Source: Squalus acanthias
Lineage: Eukaryota
Assembly: GCA_030390025.1 (NCBI GenBank)
Contig: CM059431.1
Location: 121,584,001-121,648,000, forward strand
Reading direction: 5' to 3'
DNA: 64,000 nucleotides
Under the pieces are notes generated by a model. That model ran no database searches. It had not been told where the DNA came from and saw only the letters and a list, made by a program, of their open reading frames with translations. Within the stretch, counting starts at the first letter, position 1; the number at the start of each line of letters is the position of its first letter. This document shows positions 24,830 through 38,216 of the stretch, in pieces. A program made the position numbers and the translations under genes.

Positions 24830-25520
24830 GAGAGTATTGGAATAGTCGAGACTAGAGGTAGCAAAAGCATGGAAATGAGGGTTTCATCAGTAGATTGAAA
24901 AGGGGAGGGCGGAGGCATGCGATATTACAAATATGGATAGTAAGCGTTCTTGGTGATGGACAGGATATGGGGTTGAAGCCCAACTCAGGGTCAAATAGGA
25001 CGTTGAGGTGGCTTCGGTATTCCCAATTTTTAATTGGAGGAAATTTCTGCTCCTCCTGAATATCGGACAAGCAGCGTGACAAATCGCAGGCAGTGGAGCA
25101 GTTGAGAGAGGCGGAGATCAGGTGGAGCTGTGTGTCGACAACGTAAATGTGGAAGCTGACGTGTTTTTGGATGATGTCGCTGAGGGGCAGCATGTAGGTG
25201 AGAATTAGGAGGAGGCCAAGGATAGATCCTTGGGGGACTCCAGACGTAACGGTGCGGGAGTGGGAAGTGAAGTTATTGCAGGAGATTCTTTGGCTATGAT
25301 TGGATAGATAAGAGTGGAACCTAGTGAGGGCAATCCCACTCAGCTGGACAATGGAGGAGAGGCGTTGGAGGAGGATGGTGTCAAAGGCTGCAGACAGGTC
25401 AAGAAGGATGAGGAAGGATAGGGCACCACGGTTACAGTCACATAGGATATAATTTCTGACTTTAACAAAGTCCGTTTCAGTGCTGTGGCAGAGGCGGAAA
25501 CTTGATTGGAGGGGTTCAAT
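24830..25520 (-). mobile_element. L2 LINE RT fragment
   Basis: GVPQGSILG.LLILTYMLPLSDII..VSFHIYVVDTQL. Confidence 0.8.
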
Positions 25521-25929
25521 TCAGGTCACATGAGCTCAAGGATGTAAGAGATATAGTGCAAGGGATCTCTGTAGTTACCTGTGCATGGGGAGGGGAGGTA
25601 TTACTGTCTGCAATATTGAGGTGTTACCATATGCAAATTTATTTTTGAACAGTCACATGTATCAACGTAACTGCGTTCTGCTGACACTGAGAATGCAACA
25701 CAGTATACAACTTTAGGTAAACTTGAGAATCACTAGCAGAACAGGTAAATAAGCAGATTTCATTAGTTAGTCGATGACTGAGTGAATCAACACAAGACAA
25801 TGCAAATTGTTTTAAAAACTTATTGAAAATGAGAGAATCTGAGGATGGAATTTTTCACTCTAAAAGAGGCCCACTGACCTCACGTGTAAATTCCTGACAT
25901 ACCCTCCCAGCTGGTGAAACTTCATAATA

Positions 25930-27400
25930 AAAACAGAAAATGACCTTTCATCAGAACTGGAAAAAGTTAGAGATGTAATGGCCCAGAAATTCGAGTCTCC
26001 GGCTTGCCGCGGGGGTAAGGATCGCACGCGCTCTTACCTACCGCGCCTGCCGTTGTGTTTTGGGCACACAGGAACTTCGGGTCGTTGGCCTCTCCCAACT
26101 GCTGGCGCGCAGTGCTTGCGTGTTCCAGGGGCGCAGTTAGTGCGATGCGACCCCTGGAATCACGTGGGCCATGGAGAGCCAATGGCAGCAGACCATCTTT
26201 CATTCATAGATTTGACAGGAGACCTGTCAAATCTGTGAATTGAAATCGGCCCCAAAAGAACAGCTAAACTTAAAATAAATTTTAAAAAAACATCACATTT
26301 ATAAAATAACTATAGTTAAATAAATTAACCACTTTAAACAAAAATTTAAATTTTTGAAAACATTAAAATACTTTTTAAAAGTGATAAAAATAAACTTACC
26401 TTTCTTAAAGTATCTAAAAAAGATAAACCTGTTGAAAAAATTTTAAAATTATACTTAATTAACCACTTACCTTGTTCAAAAGGGGTCTTACGCCTCCTTT
26501 TTATTAGCGTAGTATCTTCAATACTTACCCTCGCGTAGAAATCTGAAAAAAAATCTAAGTGTGCTGCATGCGCGCAGCCTCTAGCGCGCACGCGGTTCAC
26601 CTAGGAACCGCCCCCTTCACCATACCGAAAGTTTTGGTTTCCCGCGCATGCGCATTGCATGCAGGAAACCGGCACTTCGGGAAGCAATACGGGTGAGTAC
26701 GGATTGTGTACTCACCCGGGAATTGCCGAATTTTTGGGCCAACAGGTTTTAAGCAAGTGCAGAGGCAGGGAAAGGGGGAGGAGAGGAAAGAACGAAAGGG
26801 AAGGTCTGTGATAGGGTGGAAGGCAGGAAAGATTGAATGACAAAAGTGATGATGGTGCAAGGCAAAAGGGGGTGGTAATAGGACAATAAAAGAAACAAAA
26901 GATGGGTCTAGAGGAGCTGAAAATGACAAATGCAGAATCATTACCAGCACCTGCTGCCCGAAAAAATGGGCATGCTGGTTATGATGTCAGTGACAGTCTG
27001 GGAGAAAATGGCTTGATGTTTGGTGGTGTGATCATGGTCCAGGAGGAGGTGTGGAAGAGTTGGTGTTCAGCCTCAGCAAGGTAGAGCTTGGTTCGACGAA
27101 CAACAACAGCATTGTGGTTGGACTTGAGAGAACGGAGTGTTGCAAGTTCATAGGGAGGTAGGTTAGAGTGAGTGAGTGGAGTAGTAAAATTGAGATGGCC
27201 GATGTCACACCAGCAATTCCCAGTGAAAAGATCTAAAGAGTTTAAGAAGCCAGAGGGAGGGGTCCAGGCGAAACGAGAATTCTGAAGATGGGAGAAAGGG
27301 GGGAAGAGTCCTGGCCAAAGAAATGGACGCGGGAGGTGAAGACGATGGGAGAAGAGCTCACTATCGCGTTTGGAGCACAAAATTCATAAAATTACCCCAT
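25930..27400 (-). mobile_element. Deleted Penelope-like element remnant, interrupted by MITE B copy 2
   Basis: WTPPSG..SLDLF...HSNLPPYELATLRSLKSN..AVVV...YLAEAEHQL (ORF 26979-27380). Confidence 0.7.
25980..26740. mobile_element. MITE family B, copy 2
   Basis: TIR GGCCCAGAAATTCG/CGAATTTTTGGGCC, flanks AAT/AAC. Confidence 0.85.
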
Positions 27401-27502
27401 AGTCCCAGTTCTGTAACATCAGCAAACTCTGTGCTGGGAATGGCTGGGAGCAAGCCCCAGCACGCTGAGTTGGCTGCATGTATATCAGTTGATTTATATA
27501 AT

Positions 27503-28180
27503 GGCCCGAAAATTAGACCTAATGCGGGAGAGTACGCATTGTGTACTCTCGCGTATTAGGTCCCGAAGTGCCGGTTTCCTGCATGCACTGCGCATGCGCG
27601 GGAAACCGGCACTTCGGGTATTGCGAAGGGGGCGGTTCCTAAGTGAACCGCGTGCGCGCTACAGCTTTTACACATAAAGAAAGCAGGCGTAAGACCCCCT
27701 TTTAACAAGGTAAGTAGTTAATTAAGTATTATTTAAAAAAAAATTCAACAGGTTTATCTTTTTTAGAGACTTTAAAGAAAGGTAAGTTTATTTTTATAAC
27801 TTTTAAAAAGAATTTAAATTTTTTCAAAAATTTAAATTTTTGTTTAAAGTGGTTAATTAATTTAACTATAGTTATTTTATTAATGTGATGGCTTTTTTTA
27901 AATTTAATTGAGGTTTAGCTGTTCTTTTGGGGGCTTGTTGTATTCATAGTTTTGACAGCACTTCCTGTCAAAACTATGAATGAAAGATGGTGTGCTGCCA
28001 TTGGCTCTAACTGGCCCACGTGATCCCAGAGGTCGCATCGAATTAACTGCGCCTCTGGGACACGCACACACTGCGCGCCGGCACCAGGGAGAGGCCCAAA
28101 ACCATAAAGGTAGGCGCGCAGTGCGATATCGCGGGGGATCCTTACCCCCGCGGCAGCCATCGAACTCCAATTTCTGGGCC
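27503..28180. mobile_element. MITE family B, copy 3 (inverted relative to copy 2)
   Basis: TIR GGCCCGAAAATT/AATTTCTGGGCC, TSD AAT. Confidence 0.85.
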
Positions 28181-28611
28181 AATGAATATTCCCTGCGTAG
28201 GTTTACTTTGTGCCAGCAACTGGTCTAATGGGGCAGGCAGAAAATCTGCCTAGCACAGTGGTGGGCAAAATATGGCCCAGGTGCCGTATCCAGCCTGCCA
28301 GTTCATTCAATTCAGCCTGTTGGAGCTCGAGCTGCATATTTGTCTTGCGAGGGGAGGTCGCTCAGGGTTACTGCGCCTGGGAGTAGTCTACGACCCAGAA
28401 CTGGGGCAATTAATATAAAAGCTGCTGGGACTGCTGCTATATGTCTGATGCAGATCTGCTTCCCGTTTGTGCTCTGGAGCCGGCCTAATGTCTGTCTGTG
28501 GCTCTCTCCCGCTCTGGCTCTGTGAACCACTTTTCTAAAATCCGTCACTCATCGCTGGCTGGTGGGGGCGCTGCTGTGCGTGCGCACTGGACGCTCCTCC
28601 TCCGTCGAGTC

Positions 28612-29302
28612 ATGGCTGCACATCTCGGCGACTCTTAGTTTTGCCGAAGAAAGAGACCGGCGCTGCACCTTTCCTCTCCCGGACCTCATCCCACTTTGAG
28701 CCCTGAACAAACCCCACACTCCGAGCCCTGAACAAACCCCACACTGAGCCCTGAACTCACCCCACACTCCCAGCCCCGAACTCACCCCACACTGAGCCCT
28801 GAACTCACCCCACACTGAGCCCTGAACTCACCCCACACTCTGAGCCCTGAACTCACCCCACACTCCCAGCCCTGAACCCACCCCACACTCCGAGCCCACC
28901 CCACACTCCGAGCCCCGAACTCACCCCACACTACAAGCCCCGAACTCACCCCACACTCCCAGCCCTGAACTCACCCCACACTCCCAGCCCTGAACTCACC
29001 CCACACTCCAAGCCCTGAACTCACCCCACACTCCGAGCCCTGAACTCACCCCACACTCCCAGCCCTGAACTCACCCCACACTCCGAGCCCTGAACTCACC
29101 CCACACTCTCAGCCCTGAACTCACCCCACACTCCCAGCCCTGAACTCACCCCACACTCCGAGCCCTGAGCAAACCCCACCCCGAACCCTGACGAATCTTA
29201 GTTTTACCAAAAAAAGTGTCTTTCCTCTCCTGATACCCAGGCAGGGGAGTTCTCATCGCCGTCTTCGACACGGAAGTGGATCCCGGAGCACAAGGACTCC
29301 AG
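28612..29302 (+). pseudogene. TPP2: Captured TPP2 exon 1 fragment split by a minisatellite
   Basis: ATG 28612; LPKKETGAAPFLSR (28641-28682); [27 protein letters not shown] (29240-29302); vertebrate TPP2 N-terminus as recalled: [39 protein letters not shown]. Confidence 0.88.
28686..29190. repeat. Minisatellite, 25-bp unit CACTCC(C/G)AGCCCTGAACTCACCCCA, about 20 copies
   Basis: Direct tandem periodicity, no unique spacers. Confidence 0.95.
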
Positions 29303-30703
29303 GTAATGCGATTGTAGCTCAGGCCTGGCGAAGCCTCGGGCTCCCATACTCAGCACATTAAAAAGAGAACACCTCTCGCATCGGAGGCACCTCAGACTCG
29401 AGCTACGTAGACTTTCAGTACAACATGTAATCGATCAATTAATCATTTCATTCATTTTAGTAACGGAAGATTTTACTATTTTACACTACATTTTGTGTAT
29501 TTAAGATAGTATCTGACTACTATCTGAATTTCTGTTTACTATTATGCAATGTTTATGTTTATGCGATGTTTCCTCTCATTTTTTTTGTCCCTTTAAATTT
29601 GCTGCGTAGCCGTGCATGCACAGTATCTCTTTCGCAGCAGGAGCTGGTGAGCCGCCTGTGCGGGACCTCGAGATTGGTGGGTGACCGCGCGGCCATGCAT
29701 CTTAGGGGGAACATTTCTGTGCGGGCCTCAATAGTTCACCAAAACTTGTTAAGTTGCTCTCCAGCCCAAGTAATTGCCCACCCTTGGCCTAGCAGCTCAA
29801 ATTTAAAGGGTTGTGGCCACTTAACAATAACTTGCTGCATTATGGGAGAAATACTAGGGCTAAGCTGCACCTGAGTACAAGTTGAGAAGAGTGCTTCTGA
29901 AGTGCGCTCTGCCTGATGGTACCTGAATGTGTCATTGTTTGCTGGTTACCATGGCTCCATTGCTCCCCCAGTCCTTTTGAAGGGACTTGTGCAGGTGAGG
30001 AATGTGGATCACTACTACAAGACTGAGAGGTTGTGGCCGCTGGCTGCAGTGCCTTCTGCTTGATGTCCAAAGTCACCAGTCAGAAGACCTCCTGCCTTGC
30101 CGATACTCCTGATCTATCTAGAAAAAAAGAAATTTAGCTGTTTGAAGGTTGGTGTAGATTGTTGGTAGCCCTTCTCTGATCCTCCAATCTGAGGGCCTGG
30201 ATGTAGCCTCAAAGGCCCAGTTGCAATAGGCCGGCTGGCTTCTGGGTATCCACCAGACAGAAGGCCAGGAAAACGAGGCAGGAAGCATATTGATAACACT
30301 CCACCCCTATTATCATACTATTTGAATGCATCAATTCTTCTCTAGGGGGAAATCCCCAGAAGCATGCAAAGGTACTGGATACCTTGTGGAACAGGTCTCT
30401 GCTCCTGTTGCCTCTTCTTTGAACCTGGGAAGTAAACATATTGAGGGAGCAAGGCAGAAAAGAATCAGTCCCATTGCTTCATATATTGTAAAGTTTCAAA
30501 ATATAATTGAAATATTTGTCAGGCTTTGCCAAGGCTGTTGGGGTTAAGGGAAGGGAGATGTGCCAAGCAAATATGCATTGAAAGGAATTCCAATGTGGGG
30601 AATGCACATTTACAAAATGAATGGTAAATAACTGTCAGTTTACCGGCCTTTCAATATTTTTCTAACCACAGCTCAAAAGGTCATGTGGACTTATGTAAAC
30701 TTT

Positions 30704-33261
30704 GGGCTAGAAAATCATTATAGCCAAGAAATGGGCAGTGTTAGACTAAAAATGGTTAAGTTGCGCGAACCTGAAAAATCATCTAGGCTGCACGCAAAAT
30801 TCGTTCTCACTTCTCATTAAAATGATTGCAGTCATGATTCTCGTCTAAAAAGCCAAGCTAATTGGCGTTACACTGAAAAGATGGAGCAATATCGAGGGCA
30901 GTCTAAACGCAAGTAATGATTGCCATAGGCTTTTTAAACTACTTAAAGGGAAGGCTCATTGATGCTGCAGCACCTCATACTCAGCATTGTTGGGTGTGCA
31001 ACTGCCTCAACAACCATAAGAAAATGGGCAAGGAGAAGTAGCACTTAATTACAAATCCTGATGGCAGATTGTCGCCCCGATAAAACTTTGGAGGCATTGA
31101 TTTTAGCAGTGGAGGGAGACGGGTGATCCTGTATCCGGCAACTGGCAAGAGGTCCTTGACACAAGTCTGCCAGACTATGTGGAGAGAGGTGGCAAACCAC
31201 GTCATGGGCAGCACTATGCTCTCCACGACCCACACCCGGTGCAGGAAGAAGTTTAACGACCTCACACGGGTGGTCAGGGTGAGTGAATGCTTCAACAAAT
31301 GCTACATACCACCATCTGTACCACAAGCTTCACACACTGCTCAATGCACCACACCCCCAGCACTCACCCACCAACAATCTCTACCTAGCACCCACATCTC
31401 ACACCTTGCATGCAATGACAGCTATTCAACTATGGCAGGCACAAGGGTCATTTGTTATTAGAATTCATGTGATATGTGTGATATGTTTATAGATAAAATT
31501 ATTAATTGTGTTTAGAATATTTTGTGGTCTCTCTCATTTCACCTTTGCGCTCAGGAGGACACTGTGATATGCTATGAGACAGTGATTGTATGATGGGGAT
31601 CTGGTGTGCTACGAGGATCTGGGGTTTCATTCATGCGATTGGAGTCTGATGAGCCGGTCATGGACAACCCATCTGGAAGGCCAATTGTTTTGCTGTCTCC
31701 GCCCTCCCTGTCCTCCTCATCCTCCTTTGTCTTGTCATCCTCCTAAAGTGGTCCCACAATCCCTGCTGGCAAGGGCGGTGCCCTCATGATGGCCAAGTTG
31801 TGGAGCATGCAGCAGACCACCATGAAATGGGACACCCGCTCAGCCGAGTACTGGAGGGCTCCTCCTGAGCGGTCAAGGCAGTGGAACTCTTTCTTCAGTA
31901 GGCCGATGGTCTGCTCGATGATGTTCCTGGTGGCAGTATGGCTCTCATTATATGAGTGCTGGGCACGAGTGTTGGGGTTGCGGAGGGGAGTCATGAGCCA
32001 GGTGAAGAGTGGATAGCCCTTTATCTCCGAGCAGCCACCCACGAGCTTGACGTGGTGATGGGAAGAGTGCTGGCAGACCGATCTGGCGCAGGATGAAGGC
32101 ATTGTGGCTGCTTCCAGGATAGCGGGCATTGATACTAAGGATTCGCTGTGTGTGGTTGTACACCAACTGCACATTAAGTTACAGAAGATCTCAGGATTGT
32201 TATGCACTGCCCGCAAAGCCATGTGGGTGCAGACGATGGCGTCCTGCACCATGGGAAAGCCCGCTATCCTGGCAAAGTCGGCACACTTGTCTTGCTTCTC
32301 TCTGGTGATTGGGAAGCCAACGTAGTCCCTTCTCCTGCTGTAGAGAGCCTCAGTGACCTCCCGGATGCAGCAATGGACGGCGAACTGTGAGATGTTAGAT
32401 ATGTTTCCTGCTGCAGACTGGAAGGATCTGCTGGTGAAGAAGTTGAGGGCCACGGTGACCATGCCTGCCACTGGGAGAGCTGTGGTCGTCCTGGTCTGAG
32501 GCTGGAGGTCTGGTTGTAGGAGGTGGCAGAGTTCTGTGACCACCTCCTTCATGAAGCGGAGCCTTCTAATACACTGCTCCTCATTTAATCGAAGGCAGGA
32601 GAAGTGATGTCGAAAGACCCTAGGAGGGTAAGGCCTCCTGGTGAGAGCCCTGATGGCCCTCCTCCTCCCTCTGCGCACATGTTCCTGTCTTTCTCGCTGC
32701 CTCCGCTCCCTCTGCCGTAGATCCTGGAGGGTGAGGTCCACTGCCAGTATAGCCCGCAAGAGTTTTAGCAAGTGTTGTAGGTTGGAGCTTTTCAGAAATA
32801 ATTATGGAGTTTTGTACTTGCCACAACACTCCCTGATACCAAAGAACCTTGAAATGACTAAAGTAAACTCTTGCAGTAGCAGGAATTAGAACACAGCCAC
32901 TCAAACTTCACAAACCTGTCAGATGCGAGTGATTGGTGAGGATCCCTTTAAATCGCATTGCTGGAGCCGGCTTCATGCTGCTGCCGCCACCTCAACCTGT
33001 CGTTGTTTTCTCCAGCCGGTAAGTTCATTGACTGTAATGAAGGTGGGAGATTGGGCATCAAGTCAGCGTTGCACACTCACTGATGTCATGATCTCCATGA
33101 TGGCGAGGTCCCTGATGATCCAGTTCAGCGGCAGCGCTACCGGCAAGACCGATATGGCGTGCAGTGCTGGAATCAGCATCAGGTGTCGTTTAAGCTCTCA
33201 ACGGTGTTTTACCGCCCTCTCGTGGCACTAACGTGTGGTGCAAACCGCACACATTTCCGCC
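30704..33261. mobile_element. PIF/Harbinger element remnant (Myb + strand ~31020-31440; transposase - strand)
   Basis: MWREVANHV...TRCRKKFNDLTRVVR|GTGAGT; ends approximate. Confidence 0.8.
31743..32771 (-). pseudogene. Harbinger DDE transposase (HARBI1-like), frameshifted
   Basis: RRPYPPRVFRHH, GFPMVQDAIVCTH, YPGSSHNAFIL, WLLGDKGYPL, YNESHTATRNIIEQTIGLLK..F.CL, CCMLHNLA. Confidence 0.9.
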
Positions 33262-33419
33262 ATTTGTTTCTTATAGGGGTTAAGGTGTTCATTTCCTGCT
33301 TAGTGAGGTGCTAAACTGTGATAATCGCAAGTGAACCATGTTTTACTCTCATGTAGGATAAGTGTCACAGTAGGCCTAACAGAAGTTGTTGTGTTTCAAT
33401 ATTTTCATAAATCGTTTGA

Positions 33420-34020
33420 CTCTACCTCTCCACTACCTGGCTCAATCTCTTCACTGGCATTGGCACTGTGCTGTTAGACTGCTTGTCCAACATTCAGTCT
33501 TGGCTGAGCCGCAATTTCCTTCAGCTAAACATTGGGAAGACTGAAGCAATCATCTTTGGCCCCTGCCACAAACTCCATACCCTTGTCACTGATTTCATCT
33601 GCCACCCCAGCCATTATCTTTGGTTGAACCAGATTGTTCGTAATCTCAAAATCCTACTTGATCCTTAGCTGAGCATTCAATCCGCTATCCTGTCCATCAC
33701 AAAGACTGCCCAGTTCCACCTGCATAACATCACCCACCTCCGTTTCTACCTCAGCTCATCTTCCGCTGAAACCCTCATCCAAGTCACCTCCATACTTTCC
33801 CGGCCAGCCCCGCATCATCCGCCCTCTGTAAACTTCAGCTCATCCAAAACTGTCCTGCCCATATCCTATTTCACACAAAGTCCCCCTCACCCATCACTCC
33901 TGTCTTTGCTGATCTACATTGGCTTCCAGTGGCCCAATGCCAGAAATTTTAATCTCTTATTCTCGTGTTAAAATCCCTTCATGGCTTTTCCCTACTCTAC
34001 CCTTACAAATCCCCTACCTG
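33420..34020 (+). mobile_element. L2 LINE fragment (3' end resumes at ~37915-38210)
   Basis: CLSNIQSWLSRNFLQLNIGKTEAIIFG; LHWLPV-type tail. Confidence 0.75.
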
Positions 34021-34028
34021 AACTCTTT

Positions 34029-37000
34029 GGGGAAAAATTCATCCCCTTAGTGCCTCCTATTAGCGCCAGTAGATGGTGCTAATGGGGCGCTAGACCAGTA
34101 TCACCGGGGTGAGGCGAATCCAGCGCCACACGTCAAATCCGATCCCCCGTAGCACCGCCAGTAAGAGGTATCGCCGGGAACGTCAACACCAGGTAAATCG
34201 TGATGTCAGTGAGTGTGCAATGCTCACTGACCACCCAATTTGCAAAATTGATTCTCGCCACTTACCTCACCACCTGGAGTAAACAATGCCAGGGAGAGCT
34301 GGTGTGCAGCAGCAGGAAGCCGGCTCCAGGGATGTTATTTAAAGGGATGATCAGTTATCATTCGCAGCAGTCAGGTTAGTACAGTTTCAGTGGTTTTTTG
34401 TTAGTTTCACCCACTGCAACAGTTTCATTCAGTAATTTCAAGGTTCTTTTGTATCAGAAGTCTTCTAACAACTAAAAGGTAGCTACATTTATTCTTCAAA
34501 GATTCAAACTGCTACGCTTGGTAATATGGGAGTTGTACTGGCCTGCCACCTCACCCTCCAGGATATATGCCGGAGGGAATGTTGGCAGCGAGAAAGATTG
34601 GAACATGTGGCCAGAGGGAGGAGAAGGACCGTGAGGACTCTCACCAGGAGGCCTTACCCTCCGAGGGTATTCCGAGAGCACTTCTCCTACCTTCAATTAA
34701 GCAAAGAGCAGTGTATTAGATGACTCTGCTTCACCAAGGAGGTGGTCACAGAACTCTACCACCTCCTCTAAACAGACCTTCAGCCTCACACCAGGATGAC
34801 TTAAATCTCAAATTCTCTTTGCTCAAAACATCCCCATCATTCCATTCCTCTCGCAGGCCATATCACAGCGCAAGGCTGAAATGAGAGACACCACAAAAGA
34901 ATGATAACTGAAGTAATAAATTTCTAAAAAAACTAGTGGACACATATTTACAACAAAAATATTTACTTTTCATCCTTTTGCAAACACTTAGGGCTGGATT
35001 TTGATACTGGGGCGGGTTGGGGTCGTGTCATCCGCATTTCATGTTATCCACCCGCCTGCAATTGGATGTGGGAGATTGATGCAATTTTCACCTAATTGGG
35101 CAATTGAGTTCCAGCATGTGGGAACCCATGAACCAATTAGTGGTTTCAGTCTGAAAGTCGCCTCTGATGATGTCATCATTGCTGTTGCATTGAAGGTCTT
35201 CAGAGACTGCCTGGCCTTTGCTGTGAGTGGGCCTGGATGCAAAATGACAGAGAGAGAGAGAGAGAGAATTTTTTTTGCATCCAGGTCCTCTCACAGCAAA
35301 GGCCAGGCAGTCTCTGAAGACATTCAATGCAGCAGCATCAGAGGCGACTTTCAGACCTAATACTACTACTACCTTCATCACATCTCCGTTGTAATAGTGG
35401 ACCTGCAGCTGATAGTCAGCTATCCACTTGTGCTCCCGCCAGGTTTCACTGGCGTGTTTCTCATCAGGCGTGCTTCACGTCAGAAAAGGATAAAACTAGC
35501 TAAAACGTTTCAAAATGGCATTACAGAGCCAATTTAGGGCTTGTTAAGGTCTTTAATGGCCTCTCCCGCCTCTTGGAGGCGGGACGGAGTCGGGAACACC
35601 GCACACGATTTTATCAAAATTGCATGGAGGCGGGATCAGGTCCGCCCACCACTTTTCACAATTTTAACCCCCCACACGCCTCCAAACCCGCCTCCACAGC
35701 CCTATGAAAATCCAGCCCTTAGTGCCTTTGCCTACTCTAGTACTCATACGAAGTGTTGGACCAGTGGCTGCAGCAGGGCTGGTGGAAGGCTGCTGAGTGT
35801 CCGTGCGGAAGATTTCTGATGGCCTTGCAGGACGTCCTCGACCAGCTCTGGGCCTAGAATGCCTGGCTGTAGACTGCACCACCTCAACATCAGCGGCAGC
35901 AGTCTGGGCTGGCTGAATGACAGGCAGCGACAAGGGCAATGGCGGAATGGCAATGGTGGGAGTGGGAATGTTGTCATCCTGAGAGAGGACAGCAGGTTCC
36001 TGCTCCACTGACCCACTGCCACTCCATCGGGGCAGCACCTCAGCATCCCTAGCAATCTGTTAGAGCACAGATTGCTGGCCTTCTACGACACCATGAAAGC
36101 CCCAGTCGACGGTGGTAGACCCAGCCATGATGGCAGCAGTCAGAGCTTGCGTGGCATCAAGCTGAGACTGCATGAGAGCAGCCTGAGATTGGATACCACC
36201 ATCCAATAAACTCCATTACAGCACAAAGACATTGCATCGCTTCCACCTGTGCTGCATTGGAAGCTGCTAGATCGCCCATCACACGTGGCATCAGGTTTGG
36301 GTCGCCATGGTCTCTCTGTGTGTCTACCATCCTTTGTAGACTGGAAATGATGGGCTCCATGGTGTACGCAGAGCCTTGTGCAATGTTGGAGGCGGACTCC
36401 TCCACGCTCCTTACCATTGCCGAGAGGCTCTCAGGCACCCTTGCCATTGCACCTATCATCTCCATGTGGATGTCCATCACCCTTCTTCTAAAGCCCTCCC
36501 CATCGAGGTCCTCATCTGAGTCCTGTGCAGCAGAACTCGCACATGAACTCGCCCTTCGGGGAGCTGGCCCCCGAGCTACCTTTTACCCCTGGCCTTGCTG
36601 CAGCCCACTCATCCCCGGTGCCTCATCCTGTGCATTCCTCCTGCTATTATGCTAGCCTCTAAAGAACGCGTAGTGCTTGTATCTGAGCTGGTGTCTGCGG
36701 ATGAGAGATGCAGTGACGCTGTGTATTCTTCATCCTCCGCCTCTTCTTCCGCCTCGCTCTCTACCATTCCCTCAGGGACAGGCTGCTTAGGTGCTTGCAG
36801 ATTATCTGAAAGCATAAAGGCACAAGAGTCGGGGTAAGTTTAGGGAAGAGGGGCAGGAAGGGAGAAATGCATGTATGCAGCATTATTAGCTGGAAAGTGC
36901 GAAACGCTTGTGGGGTGAGGGGGAAGTGGGATGTCAGAAGGAGGAGTAGGGATGAACATACTGTTGTTGTCCCCAAGGGGGTCAACGTCACCGGTGGCCA

Positions 37001-37900
37001 CAACGCCCACCAACTGGTGCCCAATGATTTGCAGCACTCGATTCTCCAGCGCAGACAGTGGTTGTGTGTCGGCTTGTTCCCCGCCTGTGCGTTCCTGCTC
37101 CCTCCTGTTGTGCGCCACCTTGGCCTGCAAGAGAAAGGAAAGTGCATGAGTGAGTGTGGAGCAATGTGTTTGGGTGATATGTGCCTGCCATAGTTGAATA
37201 GCTGTCATTGTGTGCAAGGTGTGAGATGTGGGTGTGAGTGTTGGTAGGTAGAGATTGTTGGTGGGTGAGTGCTGGAGCGGGGGGTGTGCTTTGGGCAGTG
37301 TGTGAAGATTATGGTACAGATGGTGGTATGTAGCATTTGTTGAAGCATTCACTCACCCTGACCACCCGAGTCAGGTCGTTAAATTTCTTGCTGCACTGTG
37401 TGTGGGTCCTGGTGACCACAGTGCTGCCCGAGACTGCTGCACTACCTCCCTTCACATGGTGCGGAAGACTAATGGCGAGGGCCTCCTGCCACTTTCCAGA
37501 TAGTGCACTGCCCTTCGTCTTCCCACAGCAAAAACCAATGTCTCCAATGCTTGATCGGAGAATCTGTGGGCTCTCTCCCTGGGGCGTGGACCTGCCATGA
37601 GCACACCTGGTTCAGTCCTTCGGCTCCTTCTCCTTGTTCTGCTTTTGCTTGCTGAGGCAGCTGCACAGCCAGCAATGCTGAGTATGAGGAGCTGCAGCAT
37701 CAATGAACCTCCCCCTTAAGCAGTGGAAAAAGCTTGTCACAATGATGAGCTGCAATTATACTCCACCTGATATTGGTCTATCTTTTAAGTCTAACACCAA
37801 TGAGCTTGGGTTTAAAGACTTGGTTTAGGTCTCCAATCATTGTATTGAGCAGTGAGGACGAATTTTGTGTGCAGTCTAAAGCATTTGTGCCTGGTTCTAA
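34029..37900. mobile_element. PIF/Harbinger remnant (transposase 5' end + 34526-34800; Myb gene - ~35720-37600) nested in L2
   Basis: RRPYPPRVFREHFSYL; RERAHRFSDQALETLV; ends approximate. Confidence 0.75.
34991..35718. mobile_element. Harbinger-type MITE family A, copy 3 (internal hairpin)
   Basis: TIR GGGCTGGATTTT/AAAATCCAGCCC, TSD TTA. Confidence 0.9.
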
Positions 37901-38216
37901 TTCTTCAACTTTTCTACTGACACCGCCCATTCCTTGGCCATAACGAATTTGTAGCCCAGTATTCCTCTGACTCGGGCCTCTTTACCCCACCAAAGGAGCC
38001 TGTGCATTTTGTCGCCTCGGCCCCACACTCTAGAATGCCATCCCTAAGCCTCTCCACCTCCTTCTCTTTCTTTAAGACTCTTCTTAAAACTGACATCTTT
38101 CACCAACCCTTTGGTCATCCCTCCTAATATCTCCTTTCTTTGACTTGGAGTCCATTTATTTTAATTTGTCTCTGTGAAGTGCTTTGGGACATTTTTATGT
38201 CTTAAACGCATTTTAT

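Larger units (their letters stand above)
28256..29786 (+). mobile_element. Non-autonomous hAT element A carrying TPP2 exon 1
   Basis: TIR CAGTGGTGGGCAA/TTGCCCACCCTTG, perfect 8-bp TSD GCCTAGCA. Confidence 0.9.

Noticed and set aside
28686..29190. CRISPR-like array
   Set aside because: Head-to-tail 25-bp units with no unique spacers, eukaryotic context
29233..29260. Resemblance to U1 snRNA 5' end (GGCAGGGGAG)
   Set aside because: Match is ~10 nt, there is no ACTTACCTG or Sm site, and it is explained by TPP2 codons GRGVLI
31743..32771. Domesticated HARBI1 gene
   Set aside because: Frameshifted, one of several paralogous copies, paired with a Myb ORF as in a transposon
12785..35381. Recurring similar ORFs (MILGRVGVVSS...) suggesting a gene family
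   Set aside because: They are translations of MITE family A copies with inconsistent frames
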